Positions 1 to 8,400 of a stretch of 64,000 bases of DNA are shown here, in pieces. Each line of letters begins with the position of its first letter. The first letter of the stretch is position 1. The stretch lies in contig JBGTEY010000014.1 of assembly GCA_041747555.1 (NCBI GenBank), positions 20,919 to 84,918 of the forward strand, in the 5' to 3' direction. Source of the stretch: Patescibacteria group bacterium. Lineage in GTDB: Bacteria; Patescibacteriota; Microgenomatia; UBA1400; PJMF01. The notes beneath the pieces were generated by a model. That model had not been told where the DNA came from and ran no database searches. It saw only the letters and a program-made list of their open reading frames with translations. Position numbers and translations under genes: made by a program.

Positions 1-131
1 TACCCATGAGAAAACATTTAGGTTGGTATGTCAAAGATTTTCATAATGCACGTCAGGTGAGAATTGAAGTATTCCAATCAAATTCAGCGGAAGAAGTTGA
101 GATATTATTTACTAAATACAATCTAGTGTAG
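1..131 (+). CDS. 3' fragment of tRNA-dihydrouridine synthase (Dus)-like gene (partial, runs off window start)
   Basis: Frame 3 translates to ...HLGWYVKDFHNARQVRIEVFQSNSAEEVEILFTKYNLV*, resembling the conserved Dus C-terminal 'HLGWY.KGF' segment; stop at 129-131. Confidence 0.4.
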   Translation, partial: PMRKHLGWYVKDFHNARQVRIEVFQSNSAEEVEILFTKYNLV

Positions 132-145
132 AATAACAATGCACT

Positions 146-838
146 ATGTGTGGATTTTTTGCATTTACCCCAAACATGTCTCCCAGAGAACTTGCTGAAG
201 CACTTGGTGTAACCAACTTACCGTCATCAATGGACGACATTGAATCGCTCAAGTTTTATCCAAAGTCCCCTATTCCAACTGTTTCAAAAAACTCTCCAAA
301 TCAACTCGTGATCCGCCGATGGTCGCTCATCCAAAGGTGGTGGGACAAGCCACTTGAAGATTTAAAATTTAATACATTTAATGCCCGATCGGAAGATATT
401 GCAGTTAAAGCCAGCTACAGAACGCCCTGGAAATTGGGTCAGCGGTGCCTGATTCCTGCAACTTGGTTCTATGAATTTAAAGCGAAAAAAATTGATTCTA
501 AAGTTGTAAAAATTCCATATAAGGTGCTGTTTAAGAATTCAGAACTCTTCACCATGGCTGGATTATATGAGAATTGGAAGGATGGGGATAATTTAATTGA
601 ATCCGTCACCATAATTACCTGCTCAAGCGCTCTACCCCTGAAATCTATACACGATCGGCAACCAGTGATTATTGAAAAATCTGATCGAGAGAAATGGTTA
701 GATAAAAGTACGGACATGGAAAAAATTGAGTTACTGCTTAAACCGACAGCAGATTTGGAGTGTTTTGAAATAGATAGAGGGTTTAATACAGCATTTGGCG
801 ATGATGTGAAACCAAGTTTGTTAGAACTAAAATCTTGA
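146..838 (+). CDS. SOS-response-associated peptidase (SRAP / YedK, DUF159), abasic-site processing protein
   Basis: Protein begins MCGFF (the invariant Cys2 nucleophile of the SRAP family), is 230 aa, and has the conserved internal tryptophan and 'TMAGLYE' regions of the family. Confidence 0.75.
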   Translation: MCGFFAFTPNMSPRELAEALGVTNLPSSMDDIESLKFYPKSPIPTVSKNSPNQLVIRRWSLIQRWWDKPLEDLKFNTFNARSEDIAVKASYRTPWKLGQRCLIPATWFYEFKAKKIDSKVVKIPYKVLFKNSELFTMAGLYENWKDGDNLIESVTIITCSSALPLKSIHDRQPVIIEKSDREKWLDKSTDMEKIELLLKPTADLECFEIDRGFNTAFGDDVKPSLLELKS

Positions 839-849
839 GCTTCTGGAAG

Positions 850-923
850 TGGTCGCACCTGGACTCGAACCAGGGACCTCACGAATGTGAATCGTGCGCT
901 CTAACCAACTGAGCTATGCGACC
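850..923 (-). tRNA. tRNA-Val (anticodon CAC)
   Basis: The reverse complement folds as a 74-nt cloverleaf: acceptor GGTCGCA/TGCGACC, D-stem GCTC/GAGC, anticodon stem CACGA/TCGTG with loop TTCACAT (anticodon CAC), T-arm CCTGG-TTCGAGT-CCAGG, discriminator A. CCA is not encoded. Confidence 0.85.
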
Positions 924-988
924 GCAAGACACATAGTATATCACTTGTTTGTTAGCTTTTTGTAAGTTTTTTATCACATACTTGGGAT

Positions 989-1627
989 ATGTGGCAAAGC
1001 ATTCGACAAGTTATTTTAGAAACCATTTTCCCCCCGCAGTGTTGTCATTGCAAATCACTCGGGAGTCTACTTTGCAACGATTGCTATCAGCGATTAGAGT
1101 TTATTCCTCGCGCATTTCAACCGGACGCAGAGCCACCGTTGGATAGCATTTCTGTTGCATGCACTTACAAAGGTGGGGCAAAATCACTAATCAAAGCACT
1201 CAAATTAAAACGTGTCATCGGGATAGCGGACACACTCGGCTGGCTCTTGCACCATACCTGTGCCATTCCAGAAGTAGATTACATCGTCGCTGCACCAGCC
1301 AATCCCAAAAATCATGCTCAGCGTGGTTTTGATCCTGCATTTGAAATTGCACGTGCACTTTCTCGACAAAATAAAACACCCCAGCTCTCACTACTTTACA
1401 GAACTGACGCCACCGCAGAACAAAAACAACTCAATCGCGAAGAACGAATGAAAAATTTGACCAATACGCTGGTGTGCATTAGAGGGCCAACGCCAATTGA
1501 ACAAAAATCAGTGGTGCTGGTGGATGACGTAGTCACATCGGGAGCAACTATGATCGAATGCGCACGAGTGCTCAAAAACGCTGGTATAAAAACAGTCCAC
1601 GGCCTCGCAGTAGCCCATGGCTACTAG
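989..1627 (+). CDS. comF: ComF-family protein (phosphoribosyltransferase-type competence protein ComFC)
   Basis: N-terminal 4-Cys zinc finger (CCHC...CNDC) and a C-terminal PRTase motif VVLVDDVVTSGATM; 212 aa. Confidence 0.75.
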   Translation: MWQSIRQVILETIFPPQCCHCKSLGSLLCNDCYQRLEFIPRAFQPDAEPPLDSISVACTYKGGAKSLIKALKLKRVIGIADTLGWLLHHTCAIPEVDYIVAAPANPKNHAQRGFDPAFEIARALSRQNKTPQLSLLYRTDATAEQKQLNREERMKNLTNTLVCIRGPTPIEQKSVVLVDDVVTSGATMIECARVLKNAGIKTVHGLAVAHGY

Positions 1628-1637
1628 GCAAAAAAAC

Positions 1638-1666
1638 TTGAAAATACAGCATTTTTGGCGTATACT
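1638..1666 (+). promoter_or_regulatory. sigma70-type promoter of ssrA (TTGAAA-17 bp-TATACT)
   Basis: -35 TTGAAA at 1638-1643, a 17-nt spacer, -10 TATACT at 1661-1666, about 10 nt upstream of the tmRNA 5' GGGG. Confidence 0.6.
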
Positions 1667-1676
1667 AGACAGATAT

Positions 1677-2099
1677 GGGGATGTATTGCTTTGACGTGAT
1701 ACGTACTTTAACATCTGCAAGTCGCCATGATTCGGGCGTTAACTAATCAAAAAACAATAACTGGCAATCAAAACGCCGATACAGTTCCAGGTGCAAAACC
1801 AGCCAATGGCATTCTTGCTATGGGCAATGACTTTGCTTCAAACCTGAGAACTCCAGCTTTCGCTTTCGCAGCGTAAAATGGCATTCACAAGTTGTGTCTC
1901 ACTGATGCACGCTTGTGAGTGAAAACTCAGTCAGTGTGACAGTGTGTGCTCTCCTATCGGTACACACACAAGACTTAGATAGGGAGGGCGTGCGGACGGT
2001 TTGTCTCTTCACCGCGCAGGTCAATTCAAAGAGTGACTACACTTGTAGATGATGTTGCAGCTTCGTTTGCGGACAGGGGGTCACACCCCCTCATCTCCA
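1677..2099 (+). ncRNA. ssrA: tmRNA (SsrA), tag reading frame about 1802-1876 encoding ...GNDFASNLRTPAFAFAA*
   Basis: 5' GGGGATG pairs with 3' CATCTCC, including the G3:U70 wobble that is the AlaRS identity element. A TTTGACG box follows the 5' stem. The 3' tRNA-like arm GGACAGGGGGTCACACCCCCTCATCTCCA matches the tmRNA consensus GGACGGGGGTTCAAATCCCCC..CTCCA. An internal ORF ends AFAFAA-TAA, a typical degradation-tag ending. Confidence 0.75.
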
Positions 2100-2107
2100 C
2101 AGAAAAA

Positions 2108-2129
2108 AGAGCCTTTATGGCTCTTTTTT
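2108..2129 (+). terminator. rho-independent terminator after ssrA
   Basis: AGAGCC-tttat-GGCTCT hairpin followed by TTTTTT. Confidence 0.6.
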
Positions 2130-2229
2130 GTTGAAGTAAGAGTATCCTTAGTAACACCTCAAGAAAACAAAACTGTCACAATTGTCTGGGCAGAATGGAA
2201 GCAAAACATGGCCACATTTACACACAGTT

Positions 2230-3120
2230 TCAAATTTCAAAGTAACCATTCGGACGTTTTGACTTAATTCCTTTGGAAGCAGAAAAAAGCGATGGTGACT
2301 CGGCCGCTGGTCTATAGATCCAACGATAATTACCTTTTTTAATAAGCATTTTATACCGACCATGCGCCCATCGATCAGCGGCATTATTGAAAAAGAAACG
2401 TTTTAATTCAGCATTATTGTTAAGCTGATCTAGTGCAGCCTCTTCTAGTTGTCGATGCACTCCCATATCATCTTCATGAACATCATAATTTGCCAATTTC
2501 CATAGAATGTGTGTCACGTAGCCGTAAATTTCGTGACCTCCATTGAGTTTTTCAATCTCTTCTTCAAATGGAATGAAGTAGAATGATATTGAATTGGGTG
2601 GAGATTTCAATTCAGCCCTATCACGATAGCCGTCAGCAATTTCTCTAAAAACGTCTACGCAACGGTCGTAGTCCTCACTACGAACTAGAACATCGGTATC
2701 AATATCTCCTTTTTCTATTCCAGCTCTTCTATAAAAAAACCCTGAATTCCCTAACCTTTGCTTTCGTACTCCATGTTTTCCAGTATGTGAGAGACCAACT
2801 GCAGCAGACCCCACTATCCAAGTGTGCAGCATACCTGATTCTCTGAGCTGGCTAAATTTTTCAGAAACAATTTTTTCAACATCTACTATTCCACTTCGGC
2901 TAAATCCATTGAAGTTTCCAACATTTAAATGATCAGGAAAATATGGGCAAAATTTTGCCTCAACTAACTCTGGTATGCTGAACGTTCCTGTTCTGATTAA
3001 CTCAGCAAAGCGAGCGACATTTTCAAGTGTTTCGAGGTGCTTAATATTAAACTCAGCGCTCAATCGATGGAGCAAAGGGTTTTCGGTGAAGGTTTCGCTT
3101 GATTCTCGTGTTTCGCTCAT
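2230..3120 (-). CDS. Pol-beta-superfamily nucleotidyltransferase-domain protein (AbiEii / CD-NTase / aminoglycoside-NTase-like; function unknown)
   Basis: Minimal NTase signature in LGNSGFFYRRAGIEKGDIDTDVLV (G[SN]S-x12-DxD) with a downstream hDh strand (CVDVF), followed by an alpha-helical C-terminal domain; 296 aa. Confidence 0.5.
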   Translation of the reverse strand: MSETRESSETFTENPLLHRLSAEFNIKHLETLENVARFAELIRTGTFSIPELVEAKFCPYFPDHLNVGNFNGFSRSGIVDVEKIVSEKFSQLRESGMLHTWIVGSAAVGLSHTGKHGVRKQRLGNSGFFYRRAGIEKGDIDTDVLVRSEDYDRCVDVFREIADGYRDRAELKSPPNSISFYFIPFEEEIEKLNGGHEIYGYVTHILWKLANYDVHEDDMGVHRQLEEAALDQLNNNAELKRFFFNNAADRWAHGRYKMLIKKGNYRWIYRPAAESPSLFSASKGIKSKRPNGYFEI

Positions 3121-3219
3121 ATTTAACTATTTCAGCTTCAAAACTGTTTTAAATAAAAAAAATACACGCCATTTCTTCTGAGTCTAACCCGATCCACACC
3201 TGGTCGAGGCTCACTTTTA

Positions 3220-3654
3220 CTATTTAGTCAATTGATCAGCTATAAAAACCCACTCATTGTGCTGCTCACCAGTCAAAGTGAGAGATTTGCCATGAATAGA
3301 AGGGCTTGTTGATGATATGTATAGCGTAGTCTGAGCCTTACTTCGATCAACCGTGTACCTACTCCAATCTCGTAAGCCTAATGAATCACCACCGCCCGCT
3401 CCATTCACAGTGGTAAACACAGTGGTATCAGGATCACTCTGTTCGAGCCAGATTTGTCCAGCCAACAGGGGAGGACCTCCCTCTGAAGTAGCTGGCCTTT
3501 GATCGATTTTTACTGCACCTTCAGGCGGAATATACTCTGTTGCAGCAGGTTTTGCTCCAGATTCAATTACCTGTGCTTGAGTGGCTGCATCACTATCAGG
3601 TTTTTTTACACTAAAATTGGCTGCTTCTTCTGGTGCTCCATACTCGCTCATCAT
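3220..3654 (-). CDS. hypothetical acidic soluble protein (144 aa), locally higher GC than neighbours
   Basis: ORF with no recognised motifs; immediately upstream of, and co-oriented with, the NTase gene. Confidence 0.4.
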   Translation of the reverse strand: MMSEYGAPEEAANFSVKKPDSDAATQAQVIESGAKPAATEYIPPEGAVKIDQRPATSEGGPPLLAGQIWLEQSDPDTTVFTTVNGAGGGDSLGLRDWSRYTVDRSKAQTTLYISSTSPSIHGKSLTLTGEQHNEWVFIADQLTK

Positions 3655-3812
3655 AGTATCCTTTTAGAAAATAACAATTACTTTTTTAATAAAAATCTAT
3701 AACTACTATATCAGAATAAAACATTCAAACATTTAGTTCAACTACGAATTTCACAGCAATTATTTCAAAACTCCTTAAAGTTACTTTAATAAAGTTGCTT
3801 AAAATCTTGCAT

Positions 3813-5450
3813 TTATTCCAAAACAGTTTGCCCAGTTGGTAGTAAATTTACAAAATGTTCCGCTGTGCTAATATCCAGATTTGATGGATCAATACTCACT
3901 TCTAGCAACATGCCTCGCCTTGTTTCTGGACTAAAGTACTGATCAAACACAAAATTTCCCAGTGAATAATAGATCATTTTTTCTTTGTACACCTCTGATG
4001 GCTGGATAACATGAGGATGCGATCCAATGATGATATCTGCACCTTCGTCAATAAACCGATGCGCCAAGGATTGAATGGACGGATTTATTTCTGTGCTGTA
4101 TTCCACTCCCCAATGGGTATACAAAATAACCACATCTACTTGTGGTCGCACTAGTTTTAAATCATTCATTGTAGATTCAAACGCATTAGACGAAAATTCA
4201 TTGTAGTTAACAAATCCAATTTTCATCCCTTGAATATCTTTGGTAAAGTAGCTTTGATCAATTTCTGTGCCAACATTTCCAAAAAAACCAACGGATGATG
4301 CATTGAGGTAGTCAAAGGTTTGTGTCAATCCAGCCTGCCCAAAATTTAGAGTGTGATTGTTGCCCAAATTGACAATCGTAATGTTGTGATCTGATAAAAC
4401 TGCTGCTGTCTCTGGAGGTGAAGTAAAAATATAATTATTGCTTGCACCAAACGCACTCCCTTCACTTACCGATGCATTGTCTGTAATTGGGCTTTCAAGG
4501 TTAACCACCACGTGGTCAAATTCATGAAAGAAATCTCGTACATCTTGCAAAATAAAGTCATAACTTTTTTGCTTGGCAATCTGTCTAATATAACGATCAA
4601 ACGATAGATCACCAGCAAACAGCAACTTAATCTTTTCAGGTTGGACAACTACTCTTTCTCCCCTTTCATGGGTTCTTACTCCCTGTCTTGCAGGCCACTT
4701 CATTACAAAATAACTAGTGGTGCTGTCTTGCACATGATTAAACTGACTTGAGTTACCGTGAAAAATAATTTCAGGACAGCCTGATGAATATTCTTTGATT
4801 GCTTCTAATTGCAATAAAATATATACACAAGCAGGACAATCCAGGTAGTCATCACTGAGCTGTAAAGCTTCCTCAACTTGATGATTGCAAATCATCGATC
4901 GAGTTGTTACATCTAGTGAAGTTGCTTGTCCAACATCTAAATAATGAGAAAAATCTACTGACGCTAAAATCATCGTGGGTTGTTGCTGCACCTCTAGGTT
5001 GAGTCGATCAGTTAGTTCGTCTAACGCATCCTGAGGTACATTTCTAGTTACTAAATAATTCTCCACCTCTGCATGGGGAAAATACTGCTTAATATATGGC
5101 CAGTGAATGGTAGCTCCGTGGTCACCCTCAACTACTGTGTCGTCAGTCACAAGATAGTTTATATCTGGTTGATGATGGTTGGGAGATAGTAGTATTATTT
5201 TTTTAATCGTACTACCCTGGTTCGCAGAAATATTTTGATAGAAATCGTCAAATCGATCGAGTAATACGTCATGGTGTGGCAAGATTACTGCTTGTGGTAG
5301 CAACTGGGGTGATGATTGTGGCAGCGTGTTTTCTTGACTCGGGACGAAGTATATTTTTCCAAACAAATACACCAGAAACAGAAAAGCAAACAAACCTAGA
5401 ATTACTAGAAAATACTTAGACAGGCGGGGCATTATCGGGAGGCGTGGCAT
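3813..5450 (-). CDS. membrane-anchored CapA/PgsA-family metallophosphoesterase with an extra N-terminal domain
   Basis: C-terminal CapA motifs VDVVILYTHWGVEYS...GADIIIGSHPHVIQP...YYSLGNFVFDQ; N-terminal TM helix; 35-bp overlap with the upstream giant ORF, consistent with an operon. Confidence 0.65.
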   Translation of the reverse strand: MPRLPIMPRLSKYFLVILGLFAFLFLVYLFGKIYFVPSQENTLPQSSPQLLPQAVILPHHDVLLDRFDDFYQNISANQGSTIKKIILLSPNHHQPDINYLVTDDTVVEGDHGATIHWPYIKQYFPHAEVENYLVTRNVPQDALDELTDRLNLEVQQQPTMILASVDFSHYLDVGQATSLDVTTRSMICNHQVEEALQLSDDYLDCPACVYILLQLEAIKEYSSGCPEIIFHGNSSQFNHVQDSTTSYFVMKWPARQGVRTHERGERVVVQPEKIKLLFAGDLSFDRYIRQIAKQKSYDFILQDVRDFFHEFDHVVVNLESPITDNASVSEGSAFGASNNYIFTSPPETAAVLSDHNITIVNLGNNHTLNFGQAGLTQTFDYLNASSVGFFGNVGTEIDQSYFTKDIQGMKIGFVNYNEFSSNAFESTMNDLKLVRPQVDVVILYTHWGVEYSTEINPSIQSLAHRFIDEGADIIIGSHPHVIQPSEVYKEKMIYYSLGNFVFDQYFSPETRRGMLLEVSIDPSNLDISTAEHFVNLLPTGQTVLE

Positions 5451-8400
5451 CTTTTGTAAATTTTGAAAAGTGCCTTGGTTTCTTGATCCAAATTCCGTAC
5501 CCTGCTACAGGAATGAGCACTAGGATGCCAGCCACTATCCATTTCCATGAAAAAGGAAGTGAAGACTTTGCAGGGGATGGTAATTCTCCAGAAGGAAAAC
5601 TATTCTGAATAGCCAGCAATTCAAGAGAATTCTTTCCATCAATCACTAACTGGCTCGCATTGCTTCTAGCCCATAAAGTAGGGTCAAAAGAGTGCCTTAC
5701 TATCGCTGGTGGAGTATCAAAAGTCCCCTGCGAAATAACCCGAGCCTTATATCTGAATGTACTTACATCTTGGTCTGTGTAACTAATTTTCAGCTCTACA
5801 GTTTGTCCACTTATTTTTATTTGACCGAACTGGTTTTTGCCGACATTGTCAAACACGCCATTATCAAGTGACTCATCAATAGCAACTAAACCAGATGGGA
5901 GATAGTCAATTATTTCTAAATTTCTTTCTCCCAATCCTAGATTTTTAACCGTAAGCTCAACTACCACTAAGTCACCAACTTCAATTGGCTTTTCATTCTT
6001 ACTAGCTGACAAATACTTGCGACTAATTTCCAGATGATTGCTCTCACTTTCAGCCGCCCTATCAGTAATAAACTCAGTTGTTTTTACTGTCGAGTACACT
6101 GGTGATTCACCTTGATGCGTTATCTTCAATTGTCGGTCTGTAATCCCACCTACCTCAAAGGGAATTTCTACGACTTGTTCATCGCTTGATTTGAAAGTAC
6201 CTGATCTCATCACTTGATCATCCACCGACACTGTATAAGCAAGTTCTTGACTTGAGTCTGTGTAATACGCGAGGTATTCTGCGATACTTCTGATAAGAGA
6301 ATAAGAGGCCTGCTGATCACGATTTCGATACAAGAAATCTAAACCTTTTTCTACTATTTCTTGATCTGCTTTGAGTTCTATTAATGCTGCCACTGCGCGT
6401 GAAGAGTTCTTATAAATCCCACCGAATCTAAACGTTTGATCAGCTGGCCATGACAATTGATACGAGTTTTCAAACTTAAGATCGAGAATTTGTTGAATTG
6501 CAGCGGACTGATCCACAAATCCCTGGCGATAATTTGCCATAATTGCCATTAGAGCACGTTCCACATTAGTAGACGAATTGACCTCCAGATAGTGTCTCGA
6601 CAAGTCTAATTCCGGTGTTAATGAAAAAGCATATTGCTGCATGACTTGATCTTCATACTTGTTTGGTTGCCACTTTGCAAAGTATTCAATAACTGTGTTG
6701 AGTGTATTTTGATCAACAACGATCCCTGACTTACGAGCAAAAATTAATGCCTCTAGGAATTCTACTTTTTGTTCAGAACCGGTAAAGTTTTTCCAGGACT
6801 GATCTGATTCAAATGATTCAACCAACGTATGTATACTATTTTGAGCAAGTTCCTGATTTTGAGCGGAACTGTATTCAAGATTTAGCTCTGACCCAAACTG
6901 CTCACCAATTGCAACCATGGATAAAATAGCTGGAGCATTCGAAAAATATATACTTTCAGTTACTAAAATAGTCTGCCAGTCAGACTTAAATTCGGGATAT
7001 TTATTTGCTTGCAACGTTAGCACTGTTTGCGTTTTATCGCTCACAGCTCCAGTAGAAACTGGTATGTCATACGTCTGTTGATTTTCACCTAAAAGGTAGC
7101 TGTCTTGCCAAAAACCATATTCATATACGGGAATCTCATGGAAAACCTCATCGATATACTCATTTTGCCCTGTTGTTTGTGCCCTAACATGAAATGTTGC
7201 TGGACTCTGTTGACTAGTAATTTCTACTGGCCAACTCAGCGCCTCCAAACCTTTTGCAGCCAAAAGCAAAGGTTGTCCAGTTACCTGAAAATCTGAGAAA
7301 TTGAGACTAGCATCAATTTCTAAATTTAAATCTTGGTCAGTAAAATTATTAAGTAACGCTGATACATGTAAAATATCACCTTGCCTCAAGAAAGATGGCA
7401 TCACAGGCCTGACCACTAATTCTTTGGTTACAATAAACTCATCTTCACCTGAACCAACTTGTGTTTTTTGATTCGCTGATACCCCAGCAATAACCCAAGT
7501 TGTTAAATTGTCTGGCAGCTGAATGGTAACTCTTGCCTTACCCTCAGCATCAGTGGCAACATGCGGGTTCCAATATGCAGTATCTTTAAATATTGACCTA
7601 CTATCACCCTTATCATTGTGTACATAAATCCCATTTGCAATAAATGTGTGGTATGTATCAACAGTTAGGTTGTATACTGAGAATTTTCCCCGCATCCACT
7701 CAATAGAAGAAACGCGCTCTGTAAGACCTTCTGCTGTGGTCAATTCGTCACCAACTTTGAGTTGACCGGCTGTCTGCCACTTACCATTCACTAATAACTT
7801 ATGTTCTGGAGTAATTTTTAAATCTTGATTGATAATGAGATACCCATCTACCTCAACCAGATGAGTGTCGGTAACTTGTGCAGAGACAAGCTCATCACTA
7901 GTGCTCGATTTTAACGTTTGTATCCAGTCTCCTGTTTTGACCTGACTTATTTCTTTGAGTGACGAATCTGACATTAAAATTGAAGTATCTGCTGCAAAAC
8001 AACCTCCGCCACCTTCTGCTCCTGAGCTTGATAATCCCTCGAAGGAGTGATGCAGCAGCGGGAAGGTGTATCGCTCGCCCCAGAATGTGTCGAAAATTCT
8101 CCCGTAATTATCCCTGTTCAATTCCAGCAACGCCTTATCAAACACCCATACACTGACGTCTGTTTGAACTGGATTGCCTAGGGCATCTTTGGCAGCTATG
8201 TCCACTATTGCTGTTTGAGCAGGACCATATATTTCTTGATCAAAATCAAATGTAAGCTCCACCTTCTTATCGTCGGTACTAACCTCAACATCTTGACTTC
8301 CTTGCACCCAATAATCACCAACAAAACTGCCGGCTGCCACGCGAACATTGGGCTGATAGTCTTCTGGAATAGTGAGTGAGAACTGCTTACTACCGTTGGT

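Noticed and set aside
469-882. 137-aa minus-strand ORF antisense to the SRAP gene and running into tRNA-Val
   Set aside because: It is antisense to a motif-supported CDS and overlaps a tRNA, so it is not a real gene.
1508-2267. Track ORFs 1508..1720(-) and 2049..2267(+) overlapping the ssrA region
   Set aside because: They lie inside or antisense to a well-supported tmRNA gene (acceptor pairing with G:U, T-arm, tag ORF), so they are spurious.
2230-3120. Calling the NTase a CCA-adding enzyme (ssrA lacks encoded CCA)
   Set aside because: The GGxVRD…DxD head-domain signature and the roughly 400-aa length of CCA enzymes are absent. The motif spacing fits minimal NTase / AbiEii-like proteins instead.
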